A stretch of 63,100 bases of DNA, the filler included, from Phoronis australis (Eukaryota; Animalia; Phoronida): the NCBI GenBank assembly GCA_002633005.1. It is 5 parts of 5 records of this genome, joined end to end, with 100 filler letters (N's around TTAATTAATTAA, not from the genome) between each part and the next. Parts side by side here need not be neighbours in the genome. Positions count along the whole stretch, not along the records: positions 1 to 26,481 come from NMRA01001048.1; 4 more parts are not named here. One strand, 5' to 3'. This document shows, piece after piece, positions 1-11,033 of this stretch (positions are counted from its first letter, which is position 1; each line of letters starts with the position of its first letter). Below the pieces are notes generated by a model. The model saw only the letters and a list, made by a program, of their open reading frames with translations, was not told where the DNA came from and made no database searches. The position numbers and the translations under genes are program-made.

Positions 1-126
1 ATCGGATGAAGTACTTTTGTAGAACACCATTCAACTCAAGTCTAGTAGGAGGTTTAAACTTCAGGAAAACAGCGTTATGATGTAACTTGGTAGAATCACT
101 GAAGACATCCGTCATGGGTCCTGGTG
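1..126 (-). CDS. FN3 receptor gene exon (FN3 domain 11, runs off the window end)
   Basis: Acceptor tataacAG at 128-127, phase 1. Translates (A)PGPMTDVFSDSTKLHHNAVFLKFKPPTRLELNGVLQKYFIR, matching the FN3 start P..P...NG....Y. Confidence 0.85.
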
Positions 127-878
127 CTGTTATAAAAATAGATGGCAATACTTGCGAGATAAATTTATATACCAAGACCAAAATAATGTAAGATTCTTGG
201 TTGGCAAGGCATTAGGTTGCAAAGAATTGGAGACTGCTACGTTGCTAGACAACTAAACCTCCAATTTAGACTAAAAGTGGTAATAGAATTGGCCTTAAAG
301 AACTACTTTGTGACAGAGCAGCGATACGGTGAAGTTGGTGGACAGCATTCTGCATCTAGTATGGATTTAATGCAATGGGATAATTTCAGCATTTGTAATA
401 AATTCTGTGCCACCAACCATGACATCAAGTGGCCAGTGTCATACCATAAGATACCACACAGAAATGTTTTACATCTCAAAATGTTTGTAAATGAAAGAAC
501 ACAGCACATGCTGAAACTAATCAGTTAACATGACTAGACTAAAAGCAATTTCCGTGCTTGGAAAGAACTGACATTTCATTATTCGATTGATGCAGAAAAT
601 ATGACCCAGCAAGTTACGCACACTCACCAAGTATGCACTCAAGTATGACAATCAAATCCAGAAATTATTTCTAAAAGGAGTTAAGGACCGTTTGAGAACA
701 ATTAAAACAGTGTTTACTGTCTCCATAATTACTATTACCAAACAAGTGTCTTGCACTCCCTACAGATAATTTGCCTGGAGTTCAATCTTTTTCAATGTGT
801 TTTGGAGAAAGAGGACCTAAACAAGAGATTTATGATCAAGAGATACAACAAAAAATAGCCATTGCATTATTTTGTTAC

Positions 879-1193
879 CTGTTTCGATGGTTTGGAAAGT
901 CTTTGGTGGATTACTGTACAGCCCACCATTGCCATGTTTAGTGTATGTGGATATGGTATAACTGTAGTTCCAGAACTCCTGAAGTTCAGTGAATGTCCAC
1001 GTGGTGGCACTACTAGTTGTGTTGACCTCCCCTGAGGTCAAAGGTTGAGCATCAGTGTAACTGGGATACTTGAACTTGACACTATAATGTGTGATGGCAC
1101 CATTGGGTTCAGATGGAGGGTCCCATGTAAGGGTAATAGAGGTTGTTTGTCTGTTGGCTTTGATGCTTGATGAATCAACAGCAGTTGTTGGGA
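879..1193 (-). CDS. FN3 receptor gene exon (FN3 domain 10)
   Basis: 315 nt, phase 1-1, tttcAG acceptor and GTAACA donor. Translates (V)PTTAVDSSSIKANRQTTSITLTWDPPSEPNGAITHYSVKF...LQEFWNYSYTISTYTKHGNGG...FQTIET. Confidence 0.92.
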
Positions 1194-1540
1194 CTGAAAT
1201 GATAATTAAAGAACATCGAAAGAAACAATAACATGAGGCCAGTGCTGGACAATGAGAACATAGTCACACACATATCTTAGAAAAGAAGGTATCTTTGAAT
1301 TTCGCTTGAAAATATATAAAACAGCCTTGTACCTTGCTTGTTAGATGGATCATTGTACTATCACTATTTTAAGAAGGATTTCAAATTTTTGTAGTAATAA
1401 CTACAAATTGCAGCTACCCAAAACACATTGTTAAGCAATTCGCTTACTTGTGACTAATTAGAGGTACATAGTATATAACACGCCATTGTTTTATAATTTG
1501 ACTCTTGCACACCAAATGACTGACATAAATGACCACCTAC

Positions 1541-1751
1541 CATCTTCTAGTGTCTGTTTTGTTATCTCCACCTGTTGACCAGTGCCTTCACCATTGACAG
1601 CAAACACCACAAAGGTGTAGTTTGTGTAGGGCTTCAGTGATCTAACCACATGATTGACCATGCGAGCGGATTGGTATTCTCCACCAGTCTCTACAGACTG
1701 GCAAGACTGGGTCATAGCTCGAACACTGTTCATAGTGACACCAGTTACAAG
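1541..1751 (-). CDS. FN3 receptor gene exon (C-terminal half of FN3 domain 9)
   Basis: 211 nt, phase 0-1, ttttccccAG acceptor and GTAGGT donor. Translates LVTGVTMNS...SLKPYTNYTFVVFAVNGEGTGQQVEITKQTLED, with the LxPYTxYxFxVxAxN motif. Confidence 0.92.
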
Positions 1752-2644
1752 CTGGGGAAAATGACATAATAATTTAAACAAAGCCAGTGAATTCTCTGCA
1801 TGCTAAGTAGCACTGGGCTCCTGGCACACAAGGTTTCAAGTAGAACTTGAAGGCTAGTTATTTATCTCTGAGACTTCTTGGCCAAATTAGTTAGAGACAC
1901 AACATATAGCAATGATGTGAACATGAAATAGGTTGAAAATTCCCAAATCCGTTTAAGAATGAGTTTTTGTAGTGAAAATGATTCGCAGCAAATCACTGAA
2001 TCGGGTCCAGTAAGTATCTCAACACCATGACGGGGAATAACACTGCACAATATGGGCTGTGTGAGTCCGAGAGGTATGTCATTAGTGCAAAGGTCACCTA
2101 TTTGCATTTTTTGTTTTCACATTAATTTATAAATTGCCATTGAATGCTAACTGCACTTTGTTATGTTGAATTATAGCATTGTCGTTTCACTCCTCATAAT
2201 AGCACAATTAGGCGGATGCAAATGCATCATAAAATCTTTTTAATAACATTACAACCTGTCAAACCATGTTGACAATAATCAACTGATAGGCAAATTTTGT
2301 TGAAAATTAAATCAGTCAACAGAAGAACCTACAGTAGTCAAATCAGACTGAAAATCACCACGTGCCTTACTGTGCAAAAAGGCACACATTTTTTGTCAAA
2401 TTGCATCAAAACTTGGCAAACCACTTTCACAAAAATTGATGGGCAATGAAAATCATGCCGCAAAACCAAAAGGGCCAACACGGGGTGTAAAGTACATTCA
2501 CCAGAGTGTAAAGCAATTATTGTTAATTGGCTGGTTATTTTAAGTAAGCAATAAAATTAATGTAATACTATTCTTTAACAAATGAATGCACTGTTAGCAA
2601 CACATCATTTGAAGTAGCCTGGAAATTGTGACATGATTACTTAC

Positions 2645-2820
2645 ACCACCTGTACAGTCAGTACAGTTGAACAGAAGTGCCTGTAGACAAGAAGTCTCCC
2701 CCTTCACTAGAAGTAGATAGTGTACTATGATTCCATTAGGCTGAGTGGGGGGACCCCACTGAACAGACATAGATCGTGACGTGTGATGGGTGACAGTAAA
2801 GCTGGACACAACACCAGCAA
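2645..2820 (-). CDS. FN3 receptor gene exon (N-terminal half of FN3 domain 9, Cys-rich insert)
   Basis: 176 nt, phase 1-0, tttttcAG acceptor and GTAAGT donor. Translates (V)AGVVSSFTVTHHTSRSMSVQWGPPTQPNGIIVHYLLLVKGETSCLQALLFNCTDCTGG. The phase matches the next exon. Confidence 0.9.
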
Positions 2821-3203
2821 CTGAAAAATACCAAACACAAATGGTGGGCACGTCATACTGACAGATTAAGTTCGATATCAAAGCACAAAGATTGGCTCCC
2901 AGGTCCAGCACTATTCGATAGGGATACGGCAAATGTGATGGATCGACTAGGCAAATAAGCACAATAAGTGCTCGTCATAACTTATTGGCAATGAATGAAC
3001 AGGGAGTGTAGGGACGAGAGTGACGATGACTTGGTATCCCTCAGTCTACACAGCTTTCAGCTGCTGGCAAAAATAGCCACTTAACATCAGTTACTATCAG
3101 CAAAAGATTCCCACAAGTTTGTCTCAGTGGTTTGGTTGATGGAGAACATGATTTTATTTTACAAACAAAAATAACGCAATTAAGAAGACAAAAAAGCACA
3201 CAC

Positions 3204-3293
3204 CTTGCTCCGTAGTCCGTGTCGTAACTTCGTCTGAAACCCCACCACGACCTTTACTATTCTCTGCTTGCACAGAAAAACTATAGGAAGTTC
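3204..3293 (-). CDS. FN3 receptor gene exon (C-terminal part of FN3 domain 8)
   Basis: 90 nt, phase 1-1, gatttAG acceptor and GTGTGT donor. Translates (G)TSYSFSVQAENSKGRGGVSDEVTTRTTEQ. Not in the ORF track. Confidence 0.88.
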
Positions 3294-3551
3294 CTAAATC
3301 AAAAGAAATTTTGAATTATTTTGCTTTAAACGCTCAAAGACTCAGAAAAATGCGATTCAAAAATGTGAAAATTCCAATTCTTTTTCCCAGAAATTCAATA
3401 ATATGGATCAGCAGTTGTCGCTACAGGAGTCCTGCATTTTGAGAACTAGATTTCTCCACTGAATTACAGACATCACACTGGTTCTCAGTGGTGTTAAGTT
3501 TCAAGGACTGTGATGTGACACCAAGTCCTTGTTGATTATGCAAATTCTTAC

Positions 3552-3749
3552 CTGGTATCAGCCCAGTCACTGTATGAGTTGTGGCACTAGACAAAGTGTT
3601 TATCTCCTTTGATGACTGTAACGACACGTCCTTGTAGATGACCCAATACCTCAGTATGACACCATTTGGTTCCCTCGGACTTGTCCAATCAAGGGTCACA
3701 GAGTCGTTCAATACACTCCCAAAGCTTGGCTTTCCAGGAGACCCAGGAG
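3552..3749 (-). CDS. FN3 receptor gene exon (N-terminal part of FN3 domain 8)
   Basis: 198 nt, phase 1-1, ttgcAG acceptor and GTAAGA donor. Translates (P)PGSPGKPSFGSVLNDSVTLDWTSPREPNGVILRYWVIY...TVTGLIPG. Confidence 0.92.
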
Positions 3750-3989
3750 CTGCAATATTTCAATTAAATACAACAAAAATATAAATACACAGCCTACTAA
3801 CCAGATAATCAGCATTAATTTCCTAAATATTCAGCGAAGTGCCTATTAGTAAACATTACATTCTCTCCAAAGTCAACTTTTCAATTATACCATCTACTTA
3901 GTGCAGTAAAACTGGTCTCAACAAAATCAATAATCAGATGTGAAATAAGTTATGGGTTTGCAAAGAACTGGCAGCTCCTAATTCATGAC

Positions 3990-4540
3990 GGCGACATCCC
4001 GTTGCTCACAACTTGTTCGATTCTATAGCCCAACAACAAGTTGGGAAGGCCCGTAGTCAATATTTTACATGACTGATTAACTCCATTCTGGCATTTATGG
4101 TTGGAGGGCCTGCGCTCTTTTGTTCAATAATTGCTCCAATCTCCGATCAGATCGTATCTAGACTGATTGGGCTGGGCTGATAAAAACGAAAGTTAAGTTA
4201 TAACATATTTGAGCTTAAACCAATAGCATTTCTAAATTCCTAGTCAAATGCAGATCATGTTCCGTTTTTGAATTAATGAAAATTGCCCAACTACAACAGA
4301 AGTTAAGACAATCTATTGTGTCCAAACGGACGCACTGGGTTTGGGCTGTGTTCATACGCGTTCGGTAATAACATGCAACCACCACACGTTTCCTTTGAAG
4401 CCTGGGAGATAATTGGCCTGCTTCTTATCATACGGGACAAAAGACTGAGCTGGGCAGTTAACAAAAGAGCCAGATGTTATCGCACGTTCAGCACCCCTCA
4501 CGTCTGGAAAAGTTACTGAACGACAGAACGCTGTAATGTC
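3990..4540. repeat. Interspersed repeat (one arm of the family forming the inverted pair at 53.2-54.7 kb)
   Basis: Colinear similarity to 54232-54725 (e.g. ttctatagcccaacaacaagttgggaag) and reverse-complement similarity to 53165-53695. Confidence 0.75.
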
Positions 4541-4590
4541 CTTGAGACCAATCGGCATACTCAGCTGTGATAAGCCAACTTATATACCAA

Positions 4591-4740
4591 GGCCCAATTG
4601 CATAAAACTTATATGCCGTATAGCAACAATGAGGTCGCATTATCACTAGTCACGTTGTTATTGTTAAACAATACACCTCACGTCATGCAACAATTAAACT
4701 TATCCAGCGGATAACTTAGAAGCTTTATGCAACCCAGCCC
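4591..4740. mobile_element. Short MITE-like element
   Basis: Imperfect terminal inverted repeats ggcccaattgcataaaactt and aagctttatgcaacccagcc; related ttgcatgaaac motifs near 23650 and 24060. Confidence 0.45.
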
Positions 4741-5107
4741 AGGTCTCAATCTAGCAATAAGTGTCAGTTCTTTCAAAGCCCTGAAATCAGTTCTAATTTT
4801 ACTAAAGAGAAGACTGAGCCAGTTGTCAAAATAACAAGTTGTTTGTTGTGATTGAAGGCAGACACTTTAACTGATATTACCAGGCTTCCACTGAGGTGGC
4901 TGAATGGATAATTGCATACTGATGACACTGTCCTGATAAGAAATGAGATACAGTGCAGGTTCTACATCGTCTGACAGATGGCAGTTCAACTCAAAGGATG
5001 TTGATAGCACAGCCAAAATAATCTTGAGAAGCAGAGAAACTATTTTAGAACCTGCTGAAACTTTGCAAAGATAATTATAGGACTCAGACACTCCAGAAAG
5101 CACTTAC

Positions 5108-5392
5108 GCGCTTCTTCGGTGGTAAATGACTTAGACTTTGGAGCACTCTCTTTTCCACCATCCCCATGTGTTTTCACAATGACTTTGTAAGATTTGCCAG
5201 GTGTTAAACCAGTTATCTTAACACTTGCAGCTGATGAGTTACTCCTCACATCACCGATTTTACCAGATCCAAGGTTTTCAACAGAGACATCGTACAACAC
5301 CACATTTCCAATGGCACTTTGCCACTGAACATGGAGTGAATTCGTCTGTTTACCATTGTTAGCTAACTGAAGTTCTCCTGGTGCAGAAGGAT
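5108..5392 (-). CDS. FN3 receptor gene exon (FN3 domain 7)
   Basis: 285 nt, phase 1-1, ccattAG acceptor and GTAAGT donor. Translates (Y)PSAPGELQL...SLHVQWQS...YDVSV...ITGLTPGKSYKVIVKT...SFTTEEA. Confidence 0.93.
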
Positions 5393-5599
5393 CTAATGGA
5401 CAAAAAATGAAACAAAAGCAATGAAAAGTGTCCAAACATGACAGAACTGAACCACAAATCCCATGTTTACATACTGATCTTTATTGGTATCATATAAATG
5501 TCCATTAGATAGCACAGAGTATATGGAGCCCGTCGGAAATTTGGGAAGGCATCATCATCTTCGTAACAGGAATCAGTCCTATTTCACAAAATTCATGAA

Positions 5600-5970
5600 G
5601 ATCCACCCAGGAGCTCCAGATACAGACTAAGGCAAACACAAAAAAAAATAAAATTGCCACTAGAAGCCATAATGTTGACTTAATCCATCTGAAAGAAGTC
5701 ATATGATGTCACAGGAATACAAATTTTGCAAGATCCTACAAGAGATTTAGGAGATACAGTCAGATGCAAAAATACAACCAAGGGCCACCACAGTAATCAG
5801 ACCCATTAAAAATCAACATCTGTGCGCTCTTATCAGTCCTGGATAATCCTTTTAATATGATCCTTTGAGTGCTTTAAAGTAGAGAGAGGCTGGAGATAAA
5901 AGCAGATTTTAAAATGATGAAAACAACCACCAAGGATGCGCAGAATACGTCAAATCCATTCAAAAATATA
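5600..5970. repeat. Degenerate interspersed element with ~150-170-bp internal subrepeats (second copy 12430-12865)
   Basis: Recurring gagatacag...gcaaaaa...aaaattgccactagagg blocks at both loci. A HINE/Helentron-type origin is an inference only. Confidence 0.45.
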
Positions 5971-6393
5971 AACCTATTGTTGGCTTCATGGTAGAAAACT
6001 TTTCCTAGTTTAACATTTAAAACCCATCAAGGTGAAGTTACACAGAGGGACATATTACTAATGGAGCACAGCTATGACTATCCAGCAAAAATAAAATAAT
6101 GAGATTTACTCTGACTCTGACTGCATGGAAAATTAATGTCAACGCACAAAATCTTTCACACCTAACTTATTATTAACAAAGATTAGTATAAACAGTGCCG
6201 ACTGAAATGCTTACGGCAAGGAATAGTCAACTGTCAAAAATGCTTTTGAAAATGGTCTTAAAATGAAACAAAATCAACAAAAAATATTTTTCACAAGGTT
6301 AGCCTACATTGTGGTTAAATCCAGCAGACTTAAAACAGAGTAATATCTTAATGTTTAATGAATTTTTACAACACAATTTATCATGGAACTTAC

Positions 6394-6666
6394 ATGTGTA
6401 GACATGAAGTGCAGTGGCAATCACATTCCTGTGACCTGACTTCTTAGTTGTGACAGTTACATTGTATTTAGTACCAGGAGTCAGGTCTGTGCACTGTCCA
6501 CTTGATGCAGTGTTTGGTAACGAGCCTTCATAAGTTTTAGTGCCTGTGGTAGAACTTGCACAAGAGAGGATGTAGTTATCCTTGCTGCCAGGAGCTAGCT
6601 TCCATGTCACGTCTACAGTAGTGGTGGTTGGGTTCGATGCAGTAACTTCAGTGACAGGAGCAAGAT
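6394..6666 (-). CDS. FN3 exon type A, copy A3 (domain 6)
   Basis: 273 nt, phase 1-1, tttttAG acceptor and GTAAGT donor. Translates (D)LAPVTEVTASNPTTTTVDVTWKLAPGSKDNYILSC...CTDLTPGTKYNVTVTTKKSGHRNVIATALHVYT. Confidence 0.93.
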
Positions 6667-6901
6667 CTAAAAATGAACAACATCAAAAAGAAGTTACTTT
6701 CATGTAATGTCTACTGTTGTGGTGGTTGGGTTCGATGCTGTAACTTCACTGACAGGAGCAAGATCTAAAATTGAACAACGAAAAGAAGTTATAAAAATAT
6801 GTGAATGTCATTGTGCAATTCACACTGGATCATGGAAAGTGTGCATTAAAGTATTGTGTTTTTAACAAACTCTTCACATGAAAACAGCTCAATAAAACAA
6901 C

Positions 6902-7162
6902 CTGTTTTAGCAAGTGTGCCTGCCGTGGAGACATCATCCCATCCTGTTTGTTTAGTGATGACCTTGATATTGTAAGATGACCCGGGTGTCAAACCATTAC
7001 AGGAAGCACTAGTGTCAGACACTTGTAGCGATGTTTTTGTTCCAGAATCTCCTTCACAGGACAGTACATAACCAGCCTTACTCCCATTAGCATGTGACCA
7101 AGAAGCAGTGAGACTGGTGGTTGATTGTCCAGTCACTTGCACACTGGTAGCTGGAGCCAAGG
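6902..7162 (-). CDS. FN3 exon type B, copy B2 (domain 5)
   Basis: 261 nt, phase 1-1, ttccAG acceptor and weak GTTGTT donor. Translates (P)LAPATSVQVTGQSTTSLTASWSHANGSKAGYVLSC...CNGLTPGSSYNIKVIT...LAKT. Confidence 0.9.
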
Positions 7163-8047
7163 CTGGAATGAAAAACACTGTTGACAGACACCTGCTGACA
7201 TTCAGTAACACTGACATACAGAATGTTTGAATGTTTCGATTGAAGGTGGTCACCTCACTATACAAAATTGGCAATCCTATTTCATAACGAGGCAGTGAAA
7301 ATGGTTTAAGGACTTCTTCAATCTAAATTTTCAAATACCACAAAAGGGGCTGTTTTCACATTGTATACTCTTTGGTATACTAATGTTTGAAGACTTCTAG
7401 TTTCAAGAAGTGATTTTGTTCACTGCATAGATCATGAACTTATGAACTCATTACCATATTCAATTTTAGTATGATGTTACGAAATATGTGAAGCTATGAT
7501 TGACCAGTGTTAATNNNNNNNNNNNNNNNNNNNNNNNNNNNNNNNNNNNNNNNNNNNNNNNNNNNNNNNNNNNNNNNNNNNNNNNNNNNNNNNNNNNNNN
7601 NNNNNNNNNNNNNNNNNNNNNNNNNNNNNNNNNNNNNNNNNNNNNNNNNNNNNNNNNNNNNNNNNNNNNNNNNNNNNNNNNNNNNNNNNNNNNNNNNNNN
7701 NNNNNNNNNNNNNNNNNNNNNNNNNNNNNNNNNNNNNNNNNNNNNNNNNNNNNNNNNNNNNNNNNNNNNNNNNNNNNNNNNNNNNNNNNNNNNNNNNNNN
7801 NNNNNNNNNNNNNNNNNNNNNNNNNNNNNNNNNNNNNNNNNNNNNNNNNNNNNNNNNNNNNNNNNNNNNNNNNNNNNNNNNNNNNNNNNNNNNNNNNNNN
7901 NNNNNNNNNNNNNNNNNNNNNNNNNNNNNNNNNNNNNNNNNNNNNNNNNNNNNNNNNNNNNNNNNNNNNNNNNNNNNNNNNNNNNNNNNNNNNNNNNNNN
8001 NNNNNNNNNNNNNNNNNNNNNNNNNNNNNNNNNNNNNNNNNNNNNNN

Positions 8048-8258
8048 GAATCGCGCGTTTCCTTAGCACTGGGCGCTAAATCTTCATTCTTTAAAAGTCG
8101 GGGATGGGCGCTTAACCGAGAGGTGGGCGCTTAACTGGAAATCTTCAAAAATCGCAGGGGGGCGCTTAACCGAGCAGTGGGCGGTTAAATCGAAAATCCA
8201 CCTAAAGTAGGGGGTGGGCGGTTAACTGAGCATGGGCGTTAACCCGAACGTTTACGGT
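8048..8258. mobile_element. CCGTA-ended MITE (partial, left end in gap)
   Basis: Near-identical to the right part of the full copy at 18873-19031 and ends in aacgtttacgg. Absent from the paralogous intron at ~10241. Confidence 0.75.
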
Positions 8259-8776
8259 GATCTGTTTTCTTACCTTGGTGTCTCAAAATTTTCATGCTTT
8301 ATATTTAAGTGCCTCAACATGTCATGAAAGTTCAAAACTGTCAAATGATATGTCAGAAAACATAGCATGGTGGAAAATCGTGGAACATGAGTTCTAGCTT
8401 GGGAAGTTGAGCAACTATTGTGAAGTCTCGTTTGGCGACAGTGAGGTTCAAGCTGATTTCGTCATTGGTACTCCAAAGTCCCATTTTGCAAGATCAAACT
8501 CGCCAAATCAGACTCAGGTGGTGGTCAAATACTATCCATCATCAACAAGTCACCTTTCGAGCAAAGTCTCAAGGAAAACAGAGATCCTTATAAAAATAAA
8601 CCTGTCACCATTCACTAACTTTGATATTTTTGCGAAATGCTCTTCAAAGGAAACAAAATCGACCAAAACAATTTCCACACGATTGCACTGCAGTAAAATC
8701 AAGCAGAAATTTTTAAAACAAAGTTATACCATATCATTTAATGCACTTTTACACCACATTATACCACTGAACTTAC

Positions 8777-9049
8777 GTGTGTTGACATAAATTGCACTGG
8801 CAATCACATCACCGTGACCTGCTTTTCTGGTTGTGACAGTTATCTCGTATTTAGCACCAGGAGTCAGGTCTGTGCACTGTCCATTTGTTGCAGTGTTTGG
8901 TAATGAGCCTTCATAAGTCTTGGTGCCTGTGGTAGAACTTGCACAAGAGAGGATGTAGTTATCCTTGCTGCCAGGAGCTAGCTTCCATGTCACGTCTACA
9001 GTAGTGGTGGTTGGGTTCGATGATGTAACTTCAGTGACAGGAGCAAGAT
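8777..9049 (-). CDS. FN3 exon type A, copy A2 (domain 4)
   Basis: 273 nt, phase 1-1, ttttAG acceptor and GTAAGT donor; near-identical to A1. Confidence 0.93.
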
Positions 9050-9282
9050 CTAAAATTGAACAACATAAAAAAGAAGTTACTTCTATGTAGCATCTACTGT
9101 TGTGGTGGTTGGGTTCGACATTGCAACTTCACTGACAGGAGCAAGATCTAAAATTGAACAACATAAAGAAGTTACAAAAATATGTGACTGTCATTGTGCA
9201 GTTCACACTGGAAAGTGTGTATTAAAGCTGAAAAATGTGTTTTTAACAAACTTTTCACATGAAAACAGCTCAATAAAACAAC

Positions 9283-9543
9283 CTGTTTTAGCAAGTGTGC
9301 CTGCCGTAGAGACATCATCCCATCCTGTTTGTTTAGTGATGACCTTGATATTGTAAGATGACCCGGGTGTCAAACCATTACAGGAAGCACTAGTGTCAGA
9401 CACTTGTGGCGATGTTTTTGTTCCAGAATCTCCTTCACAGGACAGTACATAACCAGCCTTACTCCCAATAGCATGTGACCAAGAAGCAGTGAGACTGGTG
9501 GTTGATTGTCCAGTCACTTGCACACTGGTAGCTGGAGCCAAGG
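9283..9543 (-). CDS. FN3 exon type B, copy B1 (domain 3)
   Basis: 261 nt, phase 1-1; differs from B2 at three positions seen (I/N, P/L, one synonymous). Confidence 0.9.
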
Positions 9544-10760
9544 CTGGAATGAAAAACACTGTTGACAGACACCTGCTGACATTCAGTAACACTGACATAC
9601 AGAATGTTTGAATGTTTCGATTGAAGGTGGTCACCTCACTATACAAAATTGGCAATCCTATTTCATAACGAGGCAGTGAAAATGGTTTAAGGACTTCTTC
9701 AATCTAAATTTTCAAATACCACAAAAGGGGCTGTTTTCACATTGTATACTCTTTGGTATACTAATGTTTGAAGACTTCTAGTTTCAAGAAGTGATTTTGT
9801 TCACTGCATAGATCATGAACTTATGAACTCATTACCATATTCAATTTTAGTATGATGTTACGAAATATGTGAAGCTATGATTGACCAGTGTTAATCAATG
9901 AAATTCACTTTGATCAACAAAAAATTAATATCGCCACGAACGACTTTTGAAAACAATATTGAAAAGTGTAAAAAGATATATTCAAATGGTTCAGAAGGTG
10001 TGTAAAGGAAGCTCTCCATGAGCGCAATGAGAGACCTTCTTTAAATGAAAGAGGCGGTTTAAGATTCTATTTGTCACATGTATGGTATAGTGTTGTGACG
10101 TCAATGCTGCGCCGTCTGGTCAAAATGCCACTAATTGGCCAGAGTAAATATAACGTCACAAGCCAAGCTGAAGTCCGTGAGATGTGGACAAAAAGTCGCT
10201 GATTTTTAGAAAGTTTTTATTCCAGTATTAGACTCAAACTTGATCTGTTTTTTTAACTTGGTGTCTCAAAATTTTCATGCCTTTATATTTGAGTGCCTCA
10301 ACATGTCATGAAAGTTCAAAACTGTCAAATGATATGTCAGAAAACATAGCATGGTGGAAAATCGTGAAACCTGAGTTCTAGCTAGGGAAGTCGAGCAACT
10401 AATATTTGAAGTCTCGTTTGGCGACAGTGAGATATTCCAGCTGAATACGTCATTGGTACTCCGAAGTCGCATTTTGCAAGATCAAACTCACCAAATCACA
10501 CTCAGGTGGTGGTCAAATACAACTATCCATCATCAACAAGTCACCTTTCATGCAAAGTCTCAAGCAAAACAGAGATTCTTATAAAAATAACCTGTCTCCA
10601 TCCACTGACGTTTTTTGCGAAATGCTCTTCAAAGGAAACAAAATCGACCAAAAAAAATTTCTCACATGACTGCACTGCAGTAAAATCAAGCAGATTAAAG
10701 CAATGTAATACACCATAACATTTAATGCACTTTTACACCACATTATACCACTGAACTTAC

Positions 10761-11033
10761 GTGTGTTGACATAAATTGCACTGGCAATCACATCACCGTG
10801 ACCTGCTTTTCTGGTTGTGACAGTTATCTCGTATTTAGCACCAGGAGTCAGGTCTGTGCACTGTCCATTTGTTGCAGTGTTTGGTAATGAGCCTTCATAA
10901 GTCTTGGTGCCTGTGGTAGAACTTGCACAAGAGAGGATGTAGTTATCCGTGCTGCCAGGAGCTAACTTCCATGTCACGTCTACAGTAGTGGTGGTTGGGT
11001 TCGATGCTGTAACTTCACTGACAGGAGCAAGAT
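10761..11033 (-). CDS. FN3 exon type A, copy A1 (domain 2)
   Basis: 273 nt, phase 1-1. Translates (D)LAPVSEVTASNPTTTTVDVTWKLAPGSTDNYILSC...CTDLTPGAKYEITVTTRKAGHGDVIASAIYVNT. Confidence 0.93.

Noticed and set aside
4740-5050. Possible relic FN3 exon in the intron (STSFELNC...YLISYQ...IARLRPG)
   Set aside because: It has an in-frame stop, lacks the conserved Trp and has wrong motif spacing; too weak to call by eye.
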